Below, piece by piece: positions 29,283 to 40,005 of a stretch of DNA of 64,000 nucleotides. The DNA is taken from assembly GCA_964538855.1 (NCBI GenBank), contig CAZIEY010000003.1, forward strand, positions 34,435-98,434, read 5' to 3'. Positions within the stretch are counted from its first letter, which is position 1. Every line of letters begins with the position of its first letter. Origin of the DNA: an uncultured Candidatus Saccharibacteria bacterium (GTDB lineage: Bacteria > Patescibacteriota > Minisyncoccia > Phycocordibacterales > JAACPR01). Made by a program: the position numbers and the translations under genes. The notes under the pieces were generated by a model. It was not told the origin of the DNA. It saw only the letters and a program-made list of their open reading frames with translations, and searched no databases.

Positions 29283-30698
29283 ATGTACGACGATATGAAA
29301 AAATACCTTAAAATCATTGCTTTATTTGTGGGCGCAGCTATTCTTAATGCCTACAGTCCCGCGATATTAGAACATCTCTATTCTGCGGGAGGTGATTCAT
29401 CGTCGATTCTCGTTACATTGTGGACTATGTCGGTGATTCTTGGATTTGGTTGGGCTTGCGCTGAATATTCTAGGGGTACTTTCTTTCCATCATTCACATT
29501 ACAACTCCTTATCAGTATTGTGCTTCATGATGCACTCGCACCTCTTTCAAGCCAAGTTACTATGATTGTCGTCATCTGTACTGTGCTTGCGGCAATTATT
29601 CTTAAATCTGGTGGTGATGAAGTAGAACGACGACACTTCAAAAAAATAGCGTTACCAACAATCCTCATTTCAACTCTCGGATATTTGGTGACGTTTTTTG
29701 TTACTATGGCGCTTTTATTGCTCGTCGGAATTGATGGAATGACTGCAGTGCTTTTGTCTGCAATTATCGGCTCAACTGATCCAGCTGCGCTTATCCCAAC
29801 ACTCAATCGTGTAGTGTTCAGCGATCAGTATAAAAATTTAACTAATATAAGTGTTGCAGAGTCTGCGATTAACGATGCGACGGGTGCAATTTTTACAGGC
29901 GCAGTTATTGCAATGATTCAAAATGGTACTGATGTAAGCTCTATTAAAAATGTATTTCACGGTGTTATCGAAGGGCACAATTTAATGCACTTTGGTAGCG
30001 AAATATTGTTTGGAGTTATTGCCGGTCTTATTGGCTGGGCTCTCATGTGGTTGTATGAACGACATAAAGCATTTTATGCAGAAACTTCGTATGACTTTGC
30101 TGTAGTGTTGGCGGTGCCATTGTTTACATTTTTGATTGCATGGATTTTTGGCGGTAATGGATTTTTGGCAGCGTTCATTGCGGGGTTGATGGCTAACTAT
30201 AATCACGGTAATTATAAGTTCGAAAAGACATTGCACATCATGGAATCGAAAATTGATTCTATTGCAAAACCAGTCATCTTTATGATGGCAGGTCCTTTGA
30301 TTTCTATTCATGATTTGTGGCAGACGGCGGGCATTGGTTTGATTGTCTCGCTTCTTTTTATTCTCATCGCACGCCCGGCCGCAGTATTTATCTCGCTTTT
30401 GTTTGTCAAAATGTCAGTTCGAGAAAAATTATTTCTATGCAGTGTCCGCGAAACTGGAGTGATTCCGATTGTGCTTGCGGTGGGAGCAGTGGCTCAATTT
30501 CCAGCACTCTCTAATTTGATGCCATTGGTGGCGTGGGTAGTGATTTGGACGTTAACATTGTTGCCAGCAATTACTCCATGGTGGGCACGTATGTTAAAGC
30601 TCACAAAGTCAGATGATGAAACTGAAGGAGCAACGGTTCTCGACACAATTTTACACAAAGGTAACATTTCCGAAAAAACTGGCGAAATTTCTGCATAA
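29283..30698 (+). CDS. Monovalent cation:proton antiporter (CPA1/NhaP-type Na+/H+ exchanger)
   Basis: About 12 TM; 'IIGSTDPAALIPTL' resembles the NhaP 'SPTDPVAV' motif. Start ambiguous among 29256, 29283 and 29295. Confidence 0.7.
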   Translation: MYDDMKKYLKIIALFVGAAILNAYSPAILEHLYSAGGDSSSILVTLWTMSVILGFGWACAEYSRGTFFPSFTLQLLISIVLHDALAPLSSQVTMIVVICTVLAAIILKSGGDEVERRHFKKIALPTILISTLGYLVTFFVTMALLLLVGIDGMTAVLLSAIIGSTDPAALIPTLNRVVFSDQYKNLTNISVAESAINDATGAIFTGAVIAMIQNGTDVSSIKNVFHGVIEGHNLMHFGSEILFGVIAGLIGWALMWLYERHKAFYAETSYDFAVVLAVPLFTFLIAWIFGGNGFLAAFIAGLMANYNHGNYKFEKTLHIMESKIDSIAKPVIFMMAGPLISIHDLWQTAGIGLIVSLLFILIARPAAVFISLLFVKMSVREKLFLCSVRETGVIPIVLAVGAVAQFPALSNLMPLVAWVVIWTLTLLPAITPWWARMLKLTKSDDETEGATVLDTILHKGNISEKTGEISA

Positions 30699-30713
30699 GC
30701 GTAGGATAGGTGT

Positions 30714-31259
30714 ATGGCAATTAAAAAAGTAACTCAGGCAGGACAAAAAGTCTTACGCACAAAAGCAAAGCGCGTTACAAAAGTTGCGTCTCCGGCACTT
30801 AAACGTTTAATCAAGGATTTGTCTGATACTATGAAAGCGGCACATTTGATTGGTATCGCCGCGCCGCAAATTGGCCAGGGTGTGCGTGTGTTCGTGTCAC
30901 AATTAGCTTCGACTGGTACTCGTACTGTTAAAAAGAAAAACGCCGACCCGCTGCGAGTTTTTATTAATCCTGAAATCGTTGCGTATTCAAAACAACAAAA
31001 ATCAGATTGGGAAGGTTGCGGCAGTATCGCGTACGGTAAAATCTTTGCGAAAGTCCGTCGTCCAGTTTCTGTGACTGTGCGCGCCCTCAATGAAAAAGGC
31101 GAGCCGTTTGAATTACGTGCCCGTGATCTACTTGCACGCGTTATACAGCACGAATACGATCATTTGGAAGGAGTTTTCTTTACTGATAAAATGGACCCCA
31201 GCACGGTGGTGACTTCAGATGAATACCGCGCGATGGTTCGGGTAAAGAAGAAAAAATAG
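30714..31259 (+). CDS. def: Peptide deformylase
   Basis: Motifs 'GIAAPQIG', 'EGCGS', 'QHEYDHLEG'. Confidence 0.85.
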   Translation: MAIKKVTQAGQKVLRTKAKRVTKVASPALKRLIKDLSDTMKAAHLIGIAAPQIGQGVRVFVSQLASTGTRTVKKKNADPLRVFINPEIVAYSKQQKSDWEGCGSIAYGKIFAKVRRPVSVTVRALNEKGEPFELRARDLLARVIQHEYDHLEGVFFTDKMDPSTVVTSDEYRAMVRVKKKK

Positions 31260-31271
31260 TATACTGTAGAT

Positions 31272-32501
31272 ATGAAAAAAAACCTTCCATATCATCCACC
31301 TCAAAAGGTTCTTGAAAATTACGCCAAAGTTTTGGTGAACTTTGCTTTGAACGGATGCAAGGGCATTAAAAAAGGTGATGTTGTTGCTGTTTTTGCGAGC
31401 GAGGCCTCAAAACCACTTTACGCAGAAATTCTGAAAGCAATTTGGAAAAGTGGTGGGCATGTAATTCAGAGATATTCTCCTGATAATGAGTCTTGGTTTA
31501 AATTTGATCGCGCATTTTTTGAACATGCCGAGGATCATCAAATCGACTTTTTCCCAGCAAAATTTTCAAAGGGATTGGTTGACGAGATTGATCATAGCCT
31601 TTTTATCATCTCAGAAACCGATAAAAAATCGCTTCAAGGGATTGACTCGAAAAAAATTATGCGTCGAGGAGCGGCTCATAAACCATACATGGATTGGCGC
31701 CGCGAAAAAGAGAATCTTGGTAAATTTACTTGGTCTCTTGCAATGTATGGAACGCCTGCGATGGCTGCCGAAGCGCGACTTTCCCAAAAAGAATATTGGG
31801 GTCAAATTATCAACGCCTGTTTTTTGAATGATAAAAATCCAATCAAAAAATGGCAGGACTTGTACAAAAAGCTTGAACATTATAAGAGCCGTCTCAACAA
31901 ATTGGATGTCGAGAAATATCATGTGCAGGGTAAGGACGTCGATTTGTGGATCGCGGCAGGTAAAGATCGTCGTTGGATTGGTGGACGCGGTGCAAATATT
32001 CCGAGCTTCGAACTTTTTACTTCACCAGATTGGCGGGGCACAAACGGCTGGATTAAATTCAACCAACCGCTTTACCGATATGGAAATTTGATTACAGGTG
32101 TGGAATTGGAATTTAAAGATGGTCGGGTGATAAAAAGCAAGGCTCGCACCAATGAAAAAGTTTTGAAAAGTATGATCGCTACCGAAAATGCAGATAAAGT
32201 CGGAGAATTTTCTATGACCGACCGTCGATTTTCACGTATCACCAAATTTATGGCGGAAACCTTGTACGATGAAAATGTGGGTGGACCTTTTGGTAACACT
32301 CACATTGCGCTCGGATCTGCATATCATGATTGCTATACGGGCGACACTTCGAAAATGTCTAAAAAAGATTGGGCGAAACTCGGTTTTAACGATTCGTCGG
32401 TACACACTGATATTGTTTCGACGACTGACCGTACAGTAACCGCACATCTTCGTGACGGTACTCAAAAAGTGATTTATAAAAATGGAATGTATCAGGTTTA
32501 A
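31272..32501 (+). CDS. M29-family aminopeptidase (AmpS / aminopeptidase T-like)
   Basis: N-terminal 'YAKVLVNFALNGCKGIKKGDVVAVFA' and overall M29 architecture. 409 aa. Confidence 0.7.
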   Translation: MKKNLPYHPPQKVLENYAKVLVNFALNGCKGIKKGDVVAVFASEASKPLYAEILKAIWKSGGHVIQRYSPDNESWFKFDRAFFEHAEDHQIDFFPAKFSKGLVDEIDHSLFIISETDKKSLQGIDSKKIMRRGAAHKPYMDWRREKENLGKFTWSLAMYGTPAMAAEARLSQKEYWGQIINACFLNDKNPIKKWQDLYKKLEHYKSRLNKLDVEKYHVQGKDVDLWIAAGKDRRWIGGRGANIPSFELFTSPDWRGTNGWIKFNQPLYRYGNLITGVELEFKDGRVIKSKARTNEKVLKSMIATENADKVGEFSMTDRRFSRITKFMAETLYDENVGGPFGNTHIALGSAYHDCYTGDTSKMSKKDWAKLGFNDSSVHTDIVSTTDRTVTAHLRDGTQKVIYKNGMYQV

Positions 32502-32568
32502 TTACTGCACAAGATGCGATGATACGAGGCCAATCTCGGCTATTGGCTCTATTTTTTGATATACTATT

Positions 32569-33519
32569 TTGTACATGGAAAAGAAAAAATCTTCTACGGT
32601 GTGGATTGTGATTATTGTAGGCGTGCTCATCGTTGGCTTTGTGGCATTTATTTTGAATGTGGTGAATGGAGACAAGCACAGAGATAGGGATGATCGTGGG
32701 GACGTTCCTGAAGAAGAAGCTGCACATAATACGCCTGCGTTTGCGACATATACGATAGAAGGAAATCAATTTACGTTGCGCGATGGTATTGCATCACATA
32801 CAAGCATTTTAAATTCGGCGGTTGGTGAAACAGTCGCGCTCATGGGCGAACCTACTGTAGTCGATGTCACCGGCGATGGGAATAAAGACGCAATAGTTAT
32901 TTTAAAACATGAACCTGGCGGCACAGGATCCTTTTACTATGTGGCTGTAGCATTTCGACAGGACGATACATACGTGACTTCCTCTGCAATATTATTAGGT
33001 GATCGAGTAGTGATATCTGGCGTGGATACAACCGGGGAAGGTTTTAATGTGCGATATCTTGATCGTCGTCTGGACCAGGATTTCTCTGTCCAACCTACAA
33101 TACCAATCACGGCGCGGTTTGCTGTAAATAAACAGACACTTTCCGTTAAACGAATGGTGGATGTTGCGCCATCACAAATGTCAAATGCCGACAAACTTTT
33201 GGGTGCACCATGGCGATGGGTAAAAACAGACATTGCACACAAGATCGACACCCCGTTGAGACCGAATGTATTTTCTCTTACATTCAATTTAGATGGTACG
33301 TTTTCAGTCACAACCGATTGTAATTCAATGGGTGGTATGTACACCGCGACTCATACTATCTTACAGTTGTCGAATATACATTCGACAATGATGGTCTGTG
33401 AAGGAAGTCAGGAAAGCAATTTCGTCCGAATGTTGCCTTCGACTCAGACATATCGATTTGATGCATTAAATTATCTTGTACTTGAATTTTATGGAGGTGA
33501 AACACATCTGACTAGGTAG
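32569..33519 (+). CDS. Membrane-anchored protein with a C-terminal META/HslJ-like (DUF306) domain
   Basis: N-terminal TM; C-terminal 'TTDCNSMGGMYTATHTILQLSNIHSTMMVCEGSQESNFVRML' fits the META 'CN..G.Y….L…..T.M.C' pattern. Confidence 0.5.
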   Translation: MYMEKKKSSTVWIVIIVGVLIVGFVAFILNVVNGDKHRDRDDRGDVPEEEAAHNTPAFATYTIEGNQFTLRDGIASHTSILNSAVGETVALMGEPTVVDVTGDGNKDAIVILKHEPGGTGSFYYVAVAFRQDDTYVTSSAILLGDRVVISGVDTTGEGFNVRYLDRRLDQDFSVQPTIPITARFAVNKQTLSVKRMVDVAPSQMSNADKLLGAPWRWVKTDIAHKIDTPLRPNVFSLTFNLDGTFSVTTDCNSMGGMYTATHTILQLSNIHSTMMVCEGSQESNFVRMLPSTQTYRFDALNYLVLEFYGGETHLTR

Positions 33520-33537
33520 CATGGTATAATATTTGAT

Positions 33538-34176
33538 ATGAAACACACAAAAATCATCGATGCGTTGCAATGGCGTTACGCTACCAAGATTTTTAATAAA
33601 GATGCCAAAGTGCAAGTATCTGATCTCCGCACTATTTTAGAAAGTGCACGCTTGTCGCCAAGTTCATTTGGTGTTGAAGCTTGGAAATTTATTGTCGTTG
33701 AGAATCCAGAACTTCGCGCGAAGTTGCGTGCCGCTGCGTATGATCAACCAAAAGTAACAGACGCATCACATCTTGTTGTGCTTGCACGCAGAACTGATTC
33801 TGAAAATATTGTGCCAGAATTAATCGCCCGAACTGCGGCTGCGCAAGGAAAAACCGAAGATGATTTGTCAGGACTTAAAAAAATGGTCGATACTACGGTG
33901 ACTTACAAACATGCTGCAAACCTTTTTGACACATGGACTGCTGCGCAGACTTATATCGCGCTTGGGATGATGGTGGAGACAGCGTCGCTTCTCGGAATTG
34001 ATAATGGACCAATGGAAGGGTTTGATGCTGCGCGTGTGGATGAAATTCTTGGTCTCAATGCCAAAAATCTGGCGAGTGTTACAATGCTTGCGCTTGGGTA
34101 TCGTGGTGATGATCCATATGCACAAATTCCGAAAACCAGACGCGATTTTGATGAGGTCGTAGAGTTTATTAAATAG
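33538..34176 (+). CDS. NAD(P)H nitroreductase (NfsB-like)
   Basis: 'ALQWRYATKIF…RLSPSSFGVEAWKFIVV' parallels the NfsB N-terminus 'RHSTKAF…SPSSTNSQPWHFIV'. Confidence 0.75.
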   Translation: MKHTKIIDALQWRYATKIFNKDAKVQVSDLRTILESARLSPSSFGVEAWKFIVVENPELRAKLRAAAYDQPKVTDASHLVVLARRTDSENIVPELIARTAAAQGKTEDDLSGLKKMVDTTVTYKHAANLFDTWTAAQTYIALGMMVETASLLGIDNGPMEGFDAARVDEILGLNAKNLASVTMLALGYRGDDPYAQIPKTRRDFDEVVEFIK

Positions 34177-34222
34177 TTGGGGAGGACTCGCTTTTCTCGA
34201 CATTTTTTGGTAGTATTGTCAA

Positions 34223-35833
34223 ATGTTAAAGGTCTCAAATTTAGTTAAATATTTCGGAGATGAACTTATCTTGAATAAGGTTTCTTTCAACGTGGAGAAG
34301 GGAAATAAGATTGCACTTGTTGGTTTTAATGGTACAGGCAAGACCACGCTTTTGAAATTGCTCGCGGGGATCGATGTGGACAAGCTTGGTTCAATTCAAT
34401 ATCATCCAAAGGCGACGATTGCGTTTTTACCACAAGATCCGAACTTTTATGACAAGCAAAATGTGGCGACATATTTGGAAAGTTACGTGAGTGGCGATGA
34501 AAAGTTATCCGAAGAAGCTCGCGAGGTTTTGTTCCGTAATATCGAAATAATGTTTGCAGGTTTTGCCTTACCAACTGAAACGAAAGAGAAAAAAATTGGA
34601 CAGCTGTCGAGTGGTCAAAAAACCAAAGTCTTCCTCACGGCGATTTTGCTCAAAAAAGCGGATTTGATGTTACTTGACGAACCAACGAATAATCTCGATT
34701 TGCCAGCTTTGATTTGGCTTGAAGATTTCTTGAATAAGACAGAATCGGCTTTTATTGTTGTCTCGCACGATAAAAAATTCCTCGACAATGTTTCAAATAA
34801 AGTTTTTGAAATTGATTGGAATACGCACGATTTGAAAATTACGGCTGGAAAATATTCTGATTATTTGGTCCAGAAATCAAAGGAATTCAAGCGCCAAGAC
34901 AAAAAACACGATTTACAACAGGACGAATTCCGACGACTCGGCGCGCTTGCGAACGACAAGAAAGAGAAGGGTAAAAAGGGTATGAAGTGGAAGGGTAATG
35001 ACAACGACAAAATTTTGCGTGGCTTCAAACGTAATCGCGCAGCGAACAGCTTGAAGGATGCGAAAGTTATTTATAATCGCATGGATCGCATGGAAGTTGT
35101 CGATAAACCGATTGCTCGTAAAGATTTTCTTATCGACATAAACCAAGGTGATGCAAGTCCTGCACGCGACATTACATTCCTCGATGTTGTCTGTGGTTAC
35201 AATGATGATGCAGGAGAATTCGAAATCGGTCCACTCAATTTCTCGATTCCGTTCGGTAGTCGTGTATGTATTTTGGGTCTTAATGGTTCTGGAAAAACGA
35301 CGCTTTTGAAAACGATTACGGGCGGTGTTGCGCCAATGTCTGGTGAATTGACTGTGCAGGATGGTGTGAAATTTGGTAACTTGATGCAAGAACACGAGAC
35401 GTTGCCTCGCGATAAATCAGCGGTGCAATTTTTGATGGGTCATACACACCTCGAGACAAAACAAATCGGTGAACATTTGTATCGATTCGGTTTCAACGAA
35501 TTTCAAATTAACAAAAAGATAAAGTTCTTGTCACCAGGTGGGCGAGCTCGACTTATTCTTGCGTACTTCTCATTGATGCATATCAACACGCTTGTGCTCG
35601 ATGAACCTACAAACCACCTCGACCTCGAAGCGGGTGAAGCTCTCGAAAAATCTCTCAAGGAATTCGCCGGTTCTGTCATTACTGTCACTCACGATCGATT
35701 TTTTGTGGAACGCGCGCGTATGGATGTGCTCTATCTTTTGCAAGACGGTAAATTAAACCGCATCGAAAATTTCGCTGCCTATGTCGCCGACATGGAGAAG
35801 CGTTCGAGAAAATTGTTGCGATTGTTGAAGTAA
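34223..35833 (+). CDS. ABC-F family ATPase (two tandem ABC domains, no TMD)
   Basis: Two Walker A motifs (GFNGTGKTTL, GLNGSGKTTL), two signature motifs (LSSGQKTKV, LSPGGRARL) and an inter-domain linker. Confidence 0.8.
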   Translation: MLKVSNLVKYFGDELILNKVSFNVEKGNKIALVGFNGTGKTTLLKLLAGIDVDKLGSIQYHPKATIAFLPQDPNFYDKQNVATYLESYVSGDEKLSEEAREVLFRNIEIMFAGFALPTETKEKKIGQLSSGQKTKVFLTAILLKKADLMLLDEPTNNLDLPALIWLEDFLNKTESAFIVVSHDKKFLDNVSNKVFEIDWNTHDLKITAGKYSDYLVQKSKEFKRQDKKHDLQQDEFRRLGALANDKKEKGKKGMKWKGNDNDKILRGFKRNRAANSLKDAKVIYNRMDRMEVVDKPIARKDFLIDINQGDASPARDITFLDVVCGYNDDAGEFEIGPLNFSIPFGSRVCILGLNGSGKTTLLKTITGGVAPMSGELTVQDGVKFGNLMQEHETLPRDKSAVQFLMGHTHLETKQIGEHLYRFGFNEFQINKKIKFLSPGGRARLILAYFSLMHINTLVLDEPTNHLDLEAGEALEKSLKEFAGSVITVTHDRFFVERARMDVLYLLQDGKLNRIENFAAYVADMEKRSRKLLRLLK

Positions 35834-35834
35834 G

Positions 35835-36962
35835 TTAGTTACTCGACTTAATCTCTACGAGCACCCCATTTCTCACCTCGAATATTTTTACTGGTGTCTT
35901 TGCAACGGTGTGTTCTGAAGTAATTTCAAATCGTCCATTAAGCGTTTCGAATGAATGTGTTTCTATGTATGCCGGCACATCTTTTTTGTCGCTAGTATGT
36001 GCAATTGCTTCGGCAAGCATATAGATCGAATCGTAACTTTTATTAGCACCTCGTCGTGGCATTTCTCCGTATTTCGCAAAAAATGCTTTGCTAAATTCAT
36101 CAGATGGAATTTCCCAGTCGATCATGAGCGCACCTTCGAGATCTGCCTTATCTAACTCTTTGTTATTCACCACGTCGCGTAGTGTGGTATAACCGATAAT
36201 TGGTTTTGTGAAGCCGAGATTTTTTGCAATACTGAGGTACTTGATAATATCGAAATCGAGCATATCAAGAAACACCGCATCCATTTCCTCGTCTTTAATT
36301 TTTAAAACATTTGTTCGGAAATCACTCGTGCCTATACCCAAGTAAGTTTCAGTAATGAGAGGTGTGCTATTAACTTTTTTCATAATTGTCTCGAGCGTAG
36401 TTTGAATAGACTTAGAAAATCCAGACTCAAAACGAATCATACCAAGGTGTTGGATATTTCTGTCTCGAATGACACTCTCTAGTTCACTAATGACTTCGTC
36501 AAATTTTGGATACATGACAAAAGAGTACGAATTCATCTCAAGTGTCTCATCAATCGCAAAATTAACCGGTGACACGAGTGTGATTTGATTTTGCTCTGTG
36601 ATCGGAATGAGGGGTTGCAACGTGAAATCAAATATTCCGCCAATCACCGCGCTTACATTATTAACGTCGACCAATTTACGATACGCTGACAGGGAAGTTT
36701 TCGGATCAGTTGCGTCATCTTCAATTGAAAGTTCTACGAGTCTACCATTTACACCACCTCTCGTATTAATTTCATCGACTGCCATTTCCATCGCTTTTTT
36801 GGACATCGCACCGAAATCAGCTGCTACACCAGTCAGGGAAATAGATGCACCGATTTTAATAGGGGAGTTGTTCGCGACCTTAACATTTTTGTTGTAATTA
36901 AAAGCAAATCCAATAATTAGCACAACCGCAATCACCGCAATAATTTTGTTTATTTTTGTCAT
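35835..36962 (-). CDS. LivK-like (type I PBP, HAAT family) substrate-binding protein, paralog 1 of 7
   Basis: N-terminal TM anchor; 'IKIGASISLTGVAADFGAMSKKAMEMAVDEIN…YRKLVDVNNVSAVIGG'. Confidence 0.75.
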   Translation of the reverse strand: MTKINKIIAVIAVVLIIGFAFNYNKNVKVANNSPIKIGASISLTGVAADFGAMSKKAMEMAVDEINTRGGVNGRLVELSIEDDATDPKTSLSAYRKLVDVNNVSAVIGGIFDFTLQPLIPITEQNQITLVSPVNFAIDETLEMNSYSFVMYPKFDEVISELESVIRDRNIQHLGMIRFESGFSKSIQTTLETIMKKVNSTPLITETYLGIGTSDFRTNVLKIKDEEMDAVFLDMLDFDIIKYLSIAKNLGFTKPIIGYTTLRDVVNNKELDKADLEGALMIDWEIPSDEFSKAFFAKYGEMPRRGANKSYDSIYMLAEAIAHTSDKKDVPAYIETHSFETLNGRFEITSEHTVAKTPVKIFEVRNGVLVEIKSSN

Positions 36963-37020
36963 AATTTTTTATCTATTGCACATCATGCTACCTCATGGTA
37001 TATTAATTGTACATTATTCG

Positions 37021-37031
37021 TCGAATTTCGA
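37021..37031. promoter_or_regulatory. Palindrome tcgaa-t-ttcga in the divergent SBP/TrmB intergenic region (candidate operator)
   Basis: Seen directly in the sequence between 36962 and 37049. Confidence 0.3.
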
Positions 37032-37048
37032 AAAATAACCATAAAGTC

Positions 37049-37843
37049 ATGACAAATATACAAACTACTTTGGAAGGTCTTGGCATCAAGGGAACTGCCC
37101 AGACAGTTTTTAGTTATCTTGTTGAAAACGGCGTTTCGCCAGTTGCAAAAATTGCCTCAGGAATTCGCACTCCAAAATCTTCCATTTACAGCGCACTCGA
37201 AGAATTGGGTTCAATGGGTTTGATTATCGAATACAGTGAAAATCGAAGCAAAGAATATGGCATCATCGACGAGCAGCAACTCAAAGATTTGATTGATCAG
37301 CAAGTTCGCAACATGAAATCACATGAAAAAGCGCTGCTCGATTTTATGCAAAACTCTCATCAAAGTTCGCAAACAATCAAACCGAAAATCAAATTTTATA
37401 CTGGTATCGAGGGTATTCGCCAATCGTTTCGTGACATGCCTTGGCATAAAAATTGTAGAGAGACATACGTGATGTGGTCGACGAAAGACATGGTCGATAT
37501 TTTGACGCCCGAATTTAGCGAGTGGCACAGCTCGAAAAGATTGAAATATAAAATTATGCTTAATGCTATTCGTAAATACTCTGACAGAGCCATGAACGAC
37601 GATCCACAGAATAAAAAGTTGTTGCAAAGCGAAGCTTGGACTGCCCAGAGAGAAGTGCGATATGCTCCAAAAAATACTGAATGGACCATGAGCTATTGGA
37701 TTTATGGCGACAAGTGCCATTTTTCGAGTGGCGCTGGCGAAAAGTTTGCTTTCATTATTCATAGTCAGGAATTTGCCGATCTTATGCTTGTTTTGTGGCA
37801 AAATATATGGAAAGTTTCGACCCTCGATTTTGTGGCGAAGTGA
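37049..37843 (+). CDS. TrmB-family transcriptional regulator (wHTH + C-terminal ligand domain), paralog 1 of 5
   Basis: 'LEGLGIKGTAQTVFSYLVENGVSPVAKIASGIRTPKSSIYSALEELGSMGLI' is a TrmB-type wHTH. Confidence 0.6.
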   Translation: MTNIQTTLEGLGIKGTAQTVFSYLVENGVSPVAKIASGIRTPKSSIYSALEELGSMGLIIEYSENRSKEYGIIDEQQLKDLIDQQVRNMKSHEKALLDFMQNSHQSSQTIKPKIKFYTGIEGIRQSFRDMPWHKNCRETYVMWSTKDMVDILTPEFSEWHSSKRLKYKIMLNAIRKYSDRAMNDDPQNKKLLQSEAWTAQREVRYAPKNTEWTMSYWIYGDKCHFSSGAGEKFAFIIHSQEFADLMLVLWQNIWKVSTLDFVAK

Positions 37844-37881
37844 GTTTGCTTTCACGCTGGGGCAATAGTAATATTGTATAT

Positions 37882-39006
37882 ATGAAAAAAGCAATATGGG
37901 GAGCAGTAATTTTAATAGTAATTGTGCTTTTAGTGGTTTCTAATAAGAAGGACAATAGCGATAAAGGACCAATTAGAATTGGTTTTATTTCACCATTATC
38001 AGGTGACGCTGCATCATATGGTGATCCAGTTAAAAAGGGTGTTGAAATTGCCGTCGATGAAATTAATATGAAGGGTGGCGTTGATGGGCGACCATTCGAA
38101 GTCATTTATGAGGATGGTAAATGTAACAATAAAGACGCGACTAGTGCCGCTCAAAAATTGATTTCAATCGATAAGGTTAAAGTTATTATTGGTATGATAT
38201 GCAGTGGTGAATTATTGTCTGCTGCACCAGTTGCTGAAACTGCAAAAGTTATTTTGATTGGTCAAGGCTCGAGCCCAGATATTACAAAGGCCGGCGATTA
38301 TATCTTTAGAACTTTCCCGAGTGATTCTCAGGTTGGTGTGGCTCTTGTCGATCACATGCTTACAAAGAAGTTTGAGAAAGTTGCTGTGGTATCTGGCAGT
38401 TCCGCATACTCAATTGGTTTGAAAAACTTTTTCCTTGATGTAGCGAAGGAAAAGAATCTCGATGTTGTTTTTTCAGAAGATACTCTTGCTGATACGGTTG
38501 ACTTTAGAACTATTTTACAAAAAGTTAAAGTCACAAATCCATCTGCTTTGTTTGTAAATCCACAAACTGGGCAGGCAGCAGCTCGTATGGTTGAGCAGGC
38601 AAGAGCGTTAGGAATTAACTCCCAATTCTACGGAGCTTACTTTACAGGACCGGAATTTATCAAGATCGGTGCGGCAGTAGAAGGGACATTTATTGCAGAT
38701 GCACCTTCGCTTGATTCTTCAAACCCACGAATCGTCTCATTTAAGGAAGCAACACAAAAGAGATATGGTTCAGAACCTGATTACCTATTCTTTGGAGCAA
38801 ATGCGTACGATCAGGTGTATTTAACCGCGGCCATGTTTAAAGAGGTTGGTACTGAAAACACTGATAAAATGAAAGCGTGGTTATATGGAGTTAAAGATTT
38901 TGACGGTATTTCTGGCAAATTTGGTTTCGATTCAAATGGTGATGTGACAGGGATTAGTATGCGATTGGTCCAGGTAAAGAATGGAGAAATCGTACCTGCT
39001 CAGTAG
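37882..39006 (+). CDS. LivK-like substrate-binding protein, paralog 2
   Basis: 'IRIGFISPLSGDAASYGDPVKKGVEIAVDEINMKGGVDGRP…AQKLISIDKVKVIIG'. Confidence 0.75.
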   Translation: MKKAIWGAVILIVIVLLVVSNKKDNSDKGPIRIGFISPLSGDAASYGDPVKKGVEIAVDEINMKGGVDGRPFEVIYEDGKCNNKDATSAAQKLISIDKVKVIIGMICSGELLSAAPVAETAKVILIGQGSSPDITKAGDYIFRTFPSDSQVGVALVDHMLTKKFEKVAVVSGSSAYSIGLKNFFLDVAKEKNLDVVFSEDTLADTVDFRTILQKVKVTNPSALFVNPQTGQAAARMVEQARALGINSQFYGAYFTGPEFIKIGAAVEGTFIADAPSLDSSNPRIVSFKEATQKRYGSEPDYLFFGANAYDQVYLTAAMFKEVGTENTDKMKAWLYGVKDFDGISGKFGFDSNGDVTGISMRLVQVKNGEIVPAQ

Positions 39007-39030
39007 GATAGTGTTGTATAATAGTCAGGC

Positions 39031-39903
39031 ATGTCCTCAATCATCCCGCAACTCATCGTCAATAGTATCATCGCTGGCTCGATTTATTCGCTCGTGGCGC
39101 TCGGCTTCAATTTGATTTTTGGAGCGACCAAGTTTTTCAATTTGGCGCACGGAGTGATTGTGACGATTGGTGGTTACGGCGTCTTTTTCTTGTCAAAGCA
39201 GATGGGGCTTGATGTCTCTCTTTCGATTTTTATTTCGGTCATTTTTGCGGGTCTCGTCGGTTACGCCACCGAAAAATTGATTTTCCAAAAGATGCGTAAT
39301 AAAAAAGCTTCGGGCATGATTATGCTCGTGGCGTCGCTTGGTCTTTTGACGGCGATTCAGGCGATTGTCGCAATTCTTTTCACGAGCCAATTCCAGACCC
39401 TCTCACGCAACGTCGGAACGACCCGCGTCTACGAAATTGGCGGAGGTATTATCACACAAGTGCAGCTCATCATTTTGTGTACCTCGATTGCGATTATGGT
39501 GGTGCTCGGTCTCGTCATCAAGAAAACAAAATTCGGCAAGGCAGTCCAAGCAATCGGTGACGATGTAGAGGTCGCAAAGATCGTCGGTATCAACACGAAT
39601 AAAATTATCGGATATGTATTTTTCATTGGATCTGCTATTGCGGGAATTGCCGGTATTGCGGTTGGTTTTGACACTGGACTCGAGCCTGTCATGGGCTTGA
39701 ACCTGCTTTTGAAAGGCGTCATCGCATCAATTATCGGTGGTGTGGGTAGCGTGTCCGGTGGAGTTCTCGGCGCGTTTCTGCTCGGTTTCGTCGAAAACTT
39801 CGGTATTTGGAAAATTTCCGGTGAATGGAAAGATGCAATTGCGTTCGGGCTTCTCATTATCTTTTTGATTTTTAGACCTGATGGGATTTTTAAGAGGAAG
39901 TAA
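39031..39903 (+). CDS. livH: Branched-chain amino acid ABC transporter permease LivH-like
   Basis: 'NSIIAGSIYSLVALGFNLIFGATKFFNLAHG' is typical of LivH. Confidence 0.8.
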   Translation: MSSIIPQLIVNSIIAGSIYSLVALGFNLIFGATKFFNLAHGVIVTIGGYGVFFLSKQMGLDVSLSIFISVIFAGLVGYATEKLIFQKMRNKKASGMIMLVASLGLLTAIQAIVAILFTSQFQTLSRNVGTTRVYEIGGGIITQVQLIILCTSIAIMVVLGLVIKKTKFGKAVQAIGDDVEVAKIVGINTNKIIGYVFFIGSAIAGIAGIAVGFDTGLEPVMGLNLLLKGVIASIIGGVGSVSGGVLGAFLLGFVENFGIWKISGEWKDAIAFGLLIIFLIFRPDGIFKRK

Positions 39904-40005
39904 TCTGCCGCATCTACGAATTCACATCTGAATTTATCCCAAGTCTAAAGAAAGACTTTAGAACTTTTTTAAAGAAACTTCATATCGAATTCGTATAATG
40001 GGCAG

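Noticed and set aside
37795-37881. N-terminal extension of SBP2 (MAKYMESFDPRF…)
   Set aside because: It overlaps the 3' end of the TrmB-like gene. The typical lipoprotein or TM-anchored SBP N-terminus begins at MKKAIWG (37882).
39904-40005. Terminator after livH (tctaaag-aaaga-ctttaga + T-run)
   Set aside because: It is present and probably functional as a weak AT-rich terminator. I did not list it as a separate feature because the stem is only 7 bp of A/T-rich pairs; it is mentioned in the NYN-A context instead.
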